From a virus (Duplodnaviria; Caudoviricetes), in IMG/VR virus record IMGVR_UViG_3300027653_000031, positions 1 to 39,257 of that record: a DNA stretch of 39,257 bases; one strand, given 5' to 3'. Position numbers and translations under genes: made by a program. Numbering within the stretch: the stretch's first letter is position 1; the number at the start of each line of letters is the position of its first letter. The notes under the pieces were generated by a model, which searched no databases, was not told the origin of the DNA, and saw only the letters and a program-made list of their open reading frames with translations. Positions 1 through 7,119 of the stretch are shown one piece after another.

Positions 1-59
1 TTGCGGTTATATATCTCATAATTGCCCGCGTCCATTAGAGCCTTTTTGCCGTTATCCAT
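1..59 (-). CDS. 5' end of a gene running off the left edge (MDNGKKALMDAGNYEIYNR...)
   Basis: ATG at 59 preceded on the minus strand by GGAGGT RBS; frame open to the window edge. Confidence 0.55.
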   Translation of the reverse strand, partial: MDNGKKALMDAGNYEIYNR

Positions 60-91
60 CTTAACTAATTACCTCCGTTAACTATATTCGG

Positions 92-289
92 CTAGATAAT
101 GCCTTTGCGCCTAGCCTGCGCCTTTCTTTCGTCATACTCGTCTAATAAATCGCTTAATCGGTCGTCGCGTTTAAATACCCACATACGGTTGCCTGTTCGT
201 CTATGCTTCGTTTTATATTCGTAGCGCAAGCCGTTGGCACGCAAGAAGTGGTATAATGTCGTTGAGTAACAGTAAAATAAATCGTCCAC
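92..289 (-). CDS. small phage protein (DUF5659-like)
   Basis: ORF with GGAGG RBS; FYCYS..L..FL...GLRY......T....WVF pattern recalled from this small phage family. Confidence 0.65.
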   Translation of the reverse strand: MDDLFYCYSTTLYHFLRANGLRYEYKTKHRRTGNRMWVFKRDDRLSDLLDEYDERKAQARRKGII

Positions 290-311
290 TTAACTAATCC
301 CTCCGCTTTAA

Positions 312-599
312 TTAATCAACGTAAAATCTTAACGTAATTTTTGTAAATTCGTCGACACCACTTGACACCTCGACAATGTCATGTGAGGCATTATCGAACT
401 CTAATAACGACAGTCCTACGTTATCTATACGTAAATCTAACGAACTCACTGTTTCTAAACTGCGATACCATTCGGGAAACATGTCTGGTAATGCGGTTAT
501 AGAGACATCTACATAACCTCCGTCTTTTACGTAATTTAATGAAGTGGTATCCGGTATCCTTTTTCCATTAAAATATGCATACACGTACATATTCCTCAT
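312..599 (-). CDS. hypothetical protein
   Basis: ORF 312..626; ATG at 599 (MRNMYV) follows GAGGAG RBS; AT-richer than neighbours. Confidence 0.6.
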   Translation of the reverse strand: MRNMYVYAYFNGKRIPDTTSLNYVKDGGYVDVSITALPDMFPEWYRSLETVSSLDLRIDNVGLSLLEFDNASHDIVEVSSGVDEFTKITLRFYVD

Positions 600-627
600 A
601 TCCACGCTCCTCTCGTTTATAATCACG

Positions 628-656
628 AAAAAAGAGCCGGCATATTGCCCGCTCCT
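628..656 (-). terminator. intrinsic terminator
   Basis: minus strand GGAGCGGGCAATATGCCGGCTC hairpin followed by T-run. Confidence 0.6.
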
Positions 657-751
657 TAATCGTTAATATACGCGCATAGAAGACATCTAAACGCCTCCTA
701 TGCGTTGCCTATACGTTTATATCCCTACGCGCTTAAAACGTTTCTAAAGCG

Positions 752-1306
752 TTATTTAAGCCTTTTCCTCCGCGCCAACTCCTCGCTAAGCGCATAAGTA
801 GGCACCTCGCTTAAATCGCCCTTTTCCCGCCATAATTTAACGGCATAATCCTCGACATCCTCAATATAATCCGCAATTGATCGGGTAATTGACGGCCCGT
901 CCAAGCTAATCGGCCTGCCGTCCGCAATCTCGGTTAAGCCTCGCTCTAGCTCGCGCAGCTCCTGCGTCGTCTTGCGCAATTCGCGCTGCAATCGCTTTAA
1001 ATCCGTAACAGCCTCGTCGACATCTGCCGTAATTGATATATCGATGTCGGACGGCTTCCCATCGGATAGCTTAACGTCGTTATTGCCGTAAGCACTCTCA
1101 AAACCCTTCTCCTTTGCCAAGCGCTCAAGCTCCGCTAATTTGCGCTCGTCCTCGTCAATCATCGCAAGCGCTTCGTCCCTTAATGCCTGTTTGTCCGCTA
1201 ATTCTTCGGCAAGCGCGTCTTTAATTGCTTGCCTCTGTAAATCGTTTGTAGTTACGCCGTTCCCCATACCGTCAATTTTCGTTAAATCTCCGCTTTTGTT
1301 AGCCAT
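752..1306 (-). CDS. hypothetical coiled-coil phage protein
   Basis: 184-aa ORF with AAGGAG RBS; heptad-rich; C-terminal DLSEVPTYALSEELARR motif. Confidence 0.7.
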   Translation of the reverse strand: MANKSGDLTKIDGMGNGVTTNDLQRQAIKDALAEELADKQALRDEALAMIDEDERKLAELERLAKEKGFESAYGNNDVKLSDGKPSDIDISITADVDEAVTDLKRLQRELRKTTQELRELERGLTEIADGRPISLDGPSITRSIADYIEDVEDYAVKLWREKGDLSEVPTYALSEELARRKRLK

Positions 1307-1390
1307 GATTTATCGTCTCCTTTTCGTTTATTCGCGTCTATAAGACGCTTCTTCATACCTGTAACAGACTAACTATATAAAAGTAAACAA

Positions 1391-2047
1391 TTATTTCATA
1401 TAATTAAATAATTTATTAATAGCAAACGATATATACCGGTTTACTGCCTGCTTAGTAACCCCCATTACCTCTCCCGCCTCTTCCTGCGTCATATTTTCAA
1501 AGAACACTAAGTCGATAGCTTGTCGCTGTCTATCCGTCAAGCCGGCGTTCTTTAACGCATTTTGTAAGTCCATAAGCGTAACGGAGCGCTCTACAACATC
1601 GTCCGTATTTTTTATAACCCGACTCCAACGCACTGACAACATGCCGTCATCGTCCAATACCTTTTTACGTTTCCCTAAATAGCGTAAATCCCCGAACTCC
1701 AATCCCGATTTTAATACCTGCTTACCCTTACGCTCTTTCTCCTGCCTTTCACTCATTACCGGATATTCTACTATCGACATTTTATCTGGATGAGACCACG
1801 TAAGCTCTTCGTACATAACTAATTCCGCAAATTTATCGAGCATATAGTTGTCCCTATATTGTATCGGAACATGGCCGCCTTTTTCTCGCTTACGCTCGAA
1901 ATCCTCGTCCTGAGCCAGCACGTATTCGCTTACCGCCTTTTCAATCGCCGGAATACGAGCTACGAGCGGGAGCATTCCTCGCTCTACCTTATCCGCAATC
2001 TCTTCGTAGTCTTTTCTTAGCTTTTTGACGTAATCCTCGTTAGGCAA
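1391..2047 (-). CDS. sigma-70 region 4 HTH protein, putative late transcription factor
   Basis: C-terminal LTDRQRQAIDLVFFENMTQEEAGEVMGVTKQAV is a typical region-4 HTH; TTG start with GGGAGGTG RBS. Confidence 0.75.
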   Translation of the reverse strand: MPNEDYVKKLRKDYEEIADKVERGMLPLVARIPAIEKAVSEYVLAQDEDFERKREKGGHVPIQYRDNYMLDKFAELVMYEELTWSHPDKMSIVEYPVMSERQEKERKGKQVLKSGLEFGDLRYLGKRKKVLDDDGMLSVRWSRVIKNTDDVVERSVTLMDLQNALKNAGLTDRQRQAIDLVFFENMTQEEAGEVMGVTKQAVNRYISFAINKLFNYMK

Positions 2048-2258
2048 CGTAATAACACCTCCCTAAACGGCTTAATACGCTCGCTGGCGGTCTTTTACCG
2101 TTAATCTCAACGTATTGCTCTACGATAGCGTCAGCGCTCTCTATGCGCTTATTTGGCGGTATTGAAGCGCCCGCCTTTTTAGCGTCATAATAGACGTCAA
2201 ATAGCGCGGTGATGTCGTCATGTGCTTGCTGCGGTGTGTAAGTCGAGTAATACGTCAT
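2040..2258 (-). CDS. hypothetical protein, possibly a truncated paralog of the N-terminus of the adjacent sigma-like protein
   Basis: 72-aa ORF coupled by ATGA overlap to the MTase; RIESADAIVEQYV resembles RIPAIEKAVSEYV. Confidence 0.55.
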   Translation of the reverse strand: MTYYSTYTPQQAHDDITALFDVYYDAKKAGASIPPNKRIESADAIVEQYVEINGKRPPASVLSRLGRCYYVA

Positions 2259-3553
2259 TCTGTCGCCTGCCCTTCGTTTGCTTCCGCCTTAATATGCTCG
2301 GCATGCTCAACACCGACTCTAGCCTCGATAATCGGAATGTATTCGGCGGTAAGCTCTACGCCAATAAAGCCGAAGCCCTCACGTTTAGCCGCGACTAGTG
2401 TCGAGCCTGATCCTGCGAATGGGTCGAGGACTGTTCCGCCGGCTGGTGTCACTAATCGAACAAGCCATGCCATGAGGTCGGTAGGCTTGACGGTTGGATG
2501 ATGATTGCCGTTATAAGCGCTTTTTTGCGCCGGGTTGTGTTCCCGATTTCCTATACCGTCGCCCATTGTCTGAGTGAATTTCGGTTCTAGTGCAATCTCC
2601 TCGCCCTGCCAATCGCTATTGCGGTCTTTCTTGCTCGCCTTTTTCGATAGTTCTTGCGGAGTAATATTGAAATATTTCGAATAAAATTGGTCGGAATCTA
2701 GCGTTATGCAGTTCGCGGGGAAACGTCCTGTATTAACGGAAGGATTCGGCGTCTGCCTGTCTGTTCTCCCCTCAGCTTCTCTCCATGCGTTGGATACTTC
2801 GCCACTACTGCGTATTTCATCGTCTCCAATCCTACACGCATCAATATTAATTGCGCCCGTGCCGTACTTCTCCACGCAATCAGCTACGGTTAGCTTACGC
2901 CCTGTATCCGCGTCGATTAGCGGCTTTCTGACGACGATAATCGGCTCGTGGCTTGGTTTGGTCGAAGTTCCCCATCCGTCCCATTGCTTGGCTAAGTCGG
3001 TTGCTGGGGCGGTTATATTTGCGACATTTTCGAAGGTATCTCCGTATTTACCGTAAGTATTACCTGTGTTATCCTTCGCTTTCCAAGAGTTTATACGAGG
3101 ATTCTTCCCTACGACTTCCCTTTCCGCACCTGCTCGCCTATCAAACGCCTTGCTTACGTCATGCGACTTAGGAAAGCCGCTGAAATAGATCCACTCGATA
3201 ACGTCGCGCACCTCGAAGCCTGCCAAACGTAAGCTAATCGTCATTAAGTCTTGCGTACGTGTGCCTGCGAATACTAGCGCATGTCCTCCCGGCTTTAATA
3301 CGCGATATACCTCGCGCCATAAAGATGGAGGGGGAACAAATCCGTCCCAATCCTTTGACATGAATCCTTTACCGTCAGGAACGAACGAGGGGTCACCGCT
3401 AACCCATTCCGACAATACCTTCGTAATATCCGGCTCTTTGGATAACCCATACGGAGGATCGCACACGACTGAATCGACGCTATTATCCTCCAACTCCTTT
3501 AAAACTTCCGTAGACTCGCCATGATATAATAATTCCGTTAAATTATTCTCCAT
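2255..3553 (-). CDS. DNA N6-adenine/N4-cytosine methyltransferase, beta class
   Basis: catalytic DPPY near the N-terminus; HPTVKP and SAM-binding LDPFAGSGST near the C-terminus. Confidence 0.92.
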   Translation of the reverse strand: MENNLTELLYHGESTEVLKELEDNSVDSVVCDPPYGLSKEPDITKVLSEWVSGDPSFVPDGKGFMSKDWDGFVPPPSLWREVYRVLKPGGHALVFAGTRTQDLMTISLRLAGFEVRDVIEWIYFSGFPKSHDVSKAFDRRAGAEREVVGKNPRINSWKAKDNTGNTYGKYGDTFENVANITAPATDLAKQWDGWGTSTKPSHEPIIVVRKPLIDADTGRKLTVADCVEKYGTGAINIDACRIGDDEIRSSGEVSNAWREAEGRTDRQTPNPSVNTGRFPANCITLDSDQFYSKYFNITPQELSKKASKKDRNSDWQGEEIALEPKFTQTMGDGIGNREHNPAQKSAYNGNHHPTVKPTDLMAWLVRLVTPAGGTVLDPFAGSGSTLVAAKREGFGFIGVELTAEYIPIIEARVGVEHAEHIKAEANEGQATE

Positions 3554-4647
3554 TAAATCGCCTCCAATAAGTCGTTAACCTTGTCCGTCTTTTCCCACGT
3601 AAACTCCTCGCGCCCAAAATGCCCGCCCACTGCCGTTTTAGCAAAGATAGGCTTGCGCAAATCAAGCGCCTTAATAATGCCTAGCGGCGTTAAGTCGAAT
3701 ACCTCACGGATAGCCCGCTCAATCGCACGCTCGTCCACCTTAGCCGTGGCGGAGGTACCGAACGTATCTACCCGCACGCTTACCGGCTCGGCTACGCCAA
3801 TCGCATAAGCGAGCTGTACCTCGCATTTATCGGCCAAGCATGCGGCCACCACGTTTTTAGCGATATATCTCGCCATATATGCGCCCGACCTATCGACCTT
3901 AGTAGCGTCCTTGCCCGAAAACGCGCCTCCGCCGTGCCGCGCCATGCCGCCGTAGGTATCAACGATAATCTTGCGCCCGGTTAAGCCGGTGTCGGCTAAT
4001 GGTCCGCCTAATACGAATTTGCCCGCCGGATTGATAAATAATGCTACGTTATCCGCGCTAGTGCCGTAGCGTTTTAAAACATCGTCTACCACGTGTTTAA
4101 TAATGCGCCTAACGTCATCAAGCGCAATGCTCGAAGTATGTCTTGACGATACGACTACCGCGCGGATATTACCGTTACCGTCAACAGTTACCTGCGACTT
4201 AGCGTCTGCTAGAAATCGGCTGTCAAGCACCTGTAACATGTCTAAAGCCCGAATGATCTCGTTAGCTACCGTTATCGGCAACGGCATAAGCTCGTCCGTC
4301 TCGTTAGTCGCATAGCCGAACATCATACCCTGATCGCCTGCGCCGCCGTCCGCAATGCCTGACGCTATGTCCGGCGACTGCTCTACGATATGATTAGTAA
4401 AGGTTGCCTGCGCCTCGTAGCCCGGATCTATCTCGCTTATAACTCGCCTAGCTACCGCCTCATAATCGATATTGGCGTCGGCGGTAATCTCGCCCGCTAG
4501 CGTTATGCCCTTAGCGGATAACAACGTTTCGCACGCTACTCGCGCGTTAGGATCTTGCGTTAAAATTGTGTCTAATATGCTATCGCTGACCAAATCCGCC
4601 ATCTTGTCCGGATGGCCAGCACTTACTGATTCGGATGTAAATAACAT
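3553..4647 (-). CDS. metK: S-adenosylmethionine synthetase
   Basis: FTSESVSAGHPDK, QSPDIA, GAGDQG, DAKSQVT, GGGAFSGKDATKVDRS signatures; ATG 4647 preferred over GTG 4659. Confidence 0.97.
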   Translation of the reverse strand: MLFTSESVSAGHPDKMADLVSDSILDTILTQDPNARVACETLLSAKGITLAGEITADANIDYEAVARRVISEIDPGYEAQATFTNHIVEQSPDIASGIADGGAGDQGMMFGYATNETDELMPLPITVANEIIRALDMLQVLDSRFLADAKSQVTVDGNGNIRAVVVSSRHTSSIALDDVRRIIKHVVDDVLKRYGTSADNVALFINPAGKFVLGGPLADTGLTGRKIIVDTYGGMARHGGGAFSGKDATKVDRSGAYMARYIAKNVVAACLADKCEVQLAYAIGVAEPVSVRVDTFGTSATAKVDERAIERAIREVFDLTPLGIIKALDLRKPIFAKTAVGGHFGREEFTWEKTDKVNDLLEAI

Positions 4648-4714
4648 TAAATCGCCCACTTTCTTAATTATTTTTATATCTCGCTTGAAATGTTCCGCGA
4701 TTTTATCAAATCGC

Positions 4715-4743
4715 TTGACTTTCGCCTGCTTATCGCTTATACT
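4715..4743 (+). promoter_or_regulatory. sigmaA promoter
   Basis: TTGACT-17-TATACT upstream of an AAGGAG RBS and the ORF at 4808. Confidence 0.75.
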
Positions 4744-4807
4744 CGGTTTAAGACGTTAAGGAAACGCCTTAACAACGTACTTATAAACGATAAAGGAGCG
4801 GATAAAA

Positions 4808-5035
4808 ATGAATATATTTAAACCAGTCGAACCGTTAAAAATCACCCACGTAATATTTAGTGATAAAAGCGCCGTAGCTAATGCCTTTACTATCGGACAG
4901 GTCGAGGGTGTGCAGCCGGTAGAAACCGCCACTAATGATGGGAATAAGACTTACCGTCACGAGTACGAATATTGCGATAAAGACGAAAGGTTTTACTACC
5001 GGGGATGTTCAGTAGTCGGTCCGATAAAGATTTAG
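4808..5035 (+). CDS. hypothetical protein (moron-like, own promoter and terminator)
   Basis: 75-aa ORF in otherwise non-coding space; AAGGAG RBS, consensus promoter and downstream hairpin. Confidence 0.75.
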   Translation: MNIFKPVEPLKITHVIFSDKSAVANAFTIGQVEGVQPVETATNDGNKTYRHEYEYCDKDERFYYRGCSVVGPIKI

Positions 5036-5041
5036 GAGATG

Positions 5042-5066
5042 GCGCCTAATAATACGGGCGCTTTTC
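5042..5066 (+). terminator. intrinsic terminator between convergent genes
   Basis: GCGCCT-loop-GGGCGC followed by TTTTCT. Confidence 0.55.
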
Positions 5067-6644
5067 TTATGCCATCAGTAGCTTGACCTCGCCAATATCG
5101 CCGAACTCTTTCGCTACCCAGCGCCTTGCTTCCTCGTTCTGCTCCTGCTCGCCCTGGCTCGGAATCCATGCGAAATGCTGTCCGCAAATATAATTAAACT
5201 TGTCTAATAGCTTTAAATCGTTAAACCATACGTGAATATTGCCGTTATAAAACATCTTGAATCGTAGCCACTCGTTCTCAAACTCTCGCTCATTAATCGC
5301 CTTAAATTCGTTATTTACCGCTGGATCTATAAGCTGTAACGCCTTTATAATATCGTTAATCCAATCTTTTACCTTTATGTTGATATGGCGGTAAGATACC
5401 TCGCTTGTTCCGTAAGTGGTGCCGAAATCGAATTTGTCGAACTTAAAGCTTATTGGAATAATTATTTTCTTATTTATACGGTAAGCGTCATTCGTTTTCC
5501 ATCCGTCATAATAATGGATATTCGTACTATATTCGTTCATATGATAGCGCGTAATCTTCTTGAAAATACTGATGATAGAGTCGATAAGCATTTCGTCCCT
5601 ATTAGCGTAAACCGCCGTTAAAAGCATCTTTATGTTGGAGTAATTAAGCTCCATCGATTGTGCCGCCGATATTTGTCGATTTAATTTTTGTATAGCTTCG
5701 TTTGTTAGTAACTTCTTAAACTCGTCCGTATCAAGTACCAGCGACCAATAGCCTCGCCTTAGTTTCGCAAGTTCCTCGTTTAAATCCTCGGCGGTATACG
5801 TCTTATCTAATGTTACTACGCTATAAAACTCGCCGGTTACGTTATTCTCGTCTTTGTTTACGTTATCAATGTACGAATAAAACGACTGTTTAGCTTGCGT
5901 CGCTTTAAACGCTTCCCGCGCCAACTCGCAAGCTGTTTCGTACTCGATAACTAATCGCTCAATGTCGTTTAGCTTTTCGGCTACCTCACTTTGTTTAACG
6001 ACCGTCGACAAGGCCGTTTCTAGCTCCTCCTGCGCCTCATCGCCCGCTATATCGTTTATGACGGACTCATATATCGACTTGCCTACATCTGCCTGTTCGA
6101 CTTTAAGACGGATTAGCGCTACCTCGACGTCTGTTCTACGCTCGGCTTGCGATTGCGAGCCAAATGCTTCGCTGACATATTCGATTTCTGCGTCGTATTC
6201 GTCTAGCTTGCGCAATAGTTCCTGCCTTTTAGAGTTATATGCGTTGTCTATCGTTTGCTTATTCAATATAGCGTAAATCTCGCAATCACTTAGCTGACTT
6301 TCCGCTAAGTCAATCGCTTTTAGCACGTGATCTACGCCGTTTGAAAAGGGCGGATTCATAATAATGTAGTCGTATTCTTTAAACGTTTCATATGTTAAAA
6401 AATCGTTCCATACGACGTTATAGCCTGCGCCCATTAATGTATTGACTAGGCGAGGGTCATTCTCGATAGCGTCGATGGGATAACTCTCCCTGCGCCCCAT
6501 CATGTCGATAATGTATCGTATCATATCGCCTTTACCGGCGCTTGGCTCTAGTATTAAGCCGTCTAAAAAGCGTTTGCCCGAAAGTAAGCGCCGGAATAGC
6601 GCCTCTGGCGTTGGGTAAAAGTCCCTGTTGTCGGTATAAATCAA
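5067..6644 (-). CDS. adenine-type SAM-dependent methyltransferase with a long C-terminal region (DUF4942-like)
   Basis: FYPTP, ILEPSAGKG (motif I), IMNPPF (motif IV) in gamma order; C-terminal GWKTN..Y...KKII and FKMFYNGNIH; TTG start with AGGAGG RBS. Confidence 0.85.
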   Translation of the reverse strand: MIYTDNRDFYPTPEALFRRLLSGKRFLDGLILEPSAGKGDMIRYIIDMMGRRESYPIDAIENDPRLVNTLMGAGYNVVWNDFLTYETFKEYDYIIMNPPFSNGVDHVLKAIDLAESQLSDCEIYAILNKQTIDNAYNSKRQELLRKLDEYDAEIEYVSEAFGSQSQAERRTDVEVALIRLKVEQADVGKSIYESVINDIAGDEAQEELETALSTVVKQSEVAEKLNDIERLVIEYETACELAREAFKATQAKQSFYSYIDNVNKDENNVTGEFYSVVTLDKTYTAEDLNEELAKLRRGYWSLVLDTDEFKKLLTNEAIQKLNRQISAAQSMELNYSNIKMLLTAVYANRDEMLIDSIISIFKKITRYHMNEYSTNIHYYDGWKTNDAYRINKKIIIPISFKFDKFDFGTTYGTSEVSYRHINIKVKDWINDIIKALQLIDPAVNNEFKAINEREFENEWLRFKMFYNGNIHVWFNDLKLLDKFNYICGQHFAWIPSQGEQEQNEEARRWVAKEFGDIGEVKLLMA

Positions 6645-6684
6645 ATTACCGCCTCCTAATATTTAATCCGGATGTTTAATCCGC

Positions 6685-6713
6685 TTGACAATCGTCAATA
6701 CTACGCTTATAAT
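6685..6713 (+). promoter_or_regulatory. consensus sigmaA promoter
   Basis: exact TTGACA-17-TATAAT. Confidence 0.85.
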
Positions 6714-6738
6714 CGCCTTATTAAAGGAGTTGACCGAA

Positions 6739-7119
6739 ATGCCCTACGATGAATTATTAGACGGCTTTGAAATCGTGCCAGCCGTCGATGTGCCTGCGCT
6801 TACTCTCGATAAGTTATACCGCCTATACGTCAATAGTTCGGCTAGACGCTTGCTTGACGTAAAGCCTTACGACATGATATCGCTTGCCTATCGCCATGAT
6901 ACGCATGAGATTGCGATTATAAAAGCAAGCGACCGTTTTGATGCGCGCTGGTCTGCCGAGCTTATGACGTCCGTGTTTCCGTTGGATAAGCGTCATTATC
7001 TGCACGTCAAAGTATTCGCCCGTCTGTATGGCATTAGCGATAAAGATGCGCCGTATAAGTACGTATATAATAGAGGCGCTAGTGACGGGCGTGTTTTTGT
7101 CTTTAGGCGTCAACAATAA
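6739..7119 (+). CDS. hypothetical protein, possible tandem AbrB/MraZ-like fold
   Basis: ATG 6739 after AAGGAG RBS; internal repeat TLDKLYRLYV / PLDKRHYLHV. Confidence 0.7.
   Translation: MPYDELLDGFEIVPAVDVPALTLDKLYRLYVNSSARRLLDVKPYDMISLAYRHDTHEIAIIKASDRFDARWSAELMTSVFPLDKRHYLHVKVFARLYGISDKDAPYKYVYNRGASDGRVFVFRRQQ

Noticed and set aside
57-310. Repeat CGGAGG..ATTAGTTAAG before two consecutive starts
   Set aside because: Short and mostly explained by RBS plus an AT-rich spacer
1345-1390. Late promoter (TTGTTTAC...TCTGTTAC) right after the sigma-region-4 gene
   Set aside because: Plausible by position, but only one copy was seen in the window, so it cannot be supported
6685-6738. TTG start at 6685 for the plus-strand ORF
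   Set aside because: That TTG is the -35 hexamer of the promoter; the RBS-supported start is 6739
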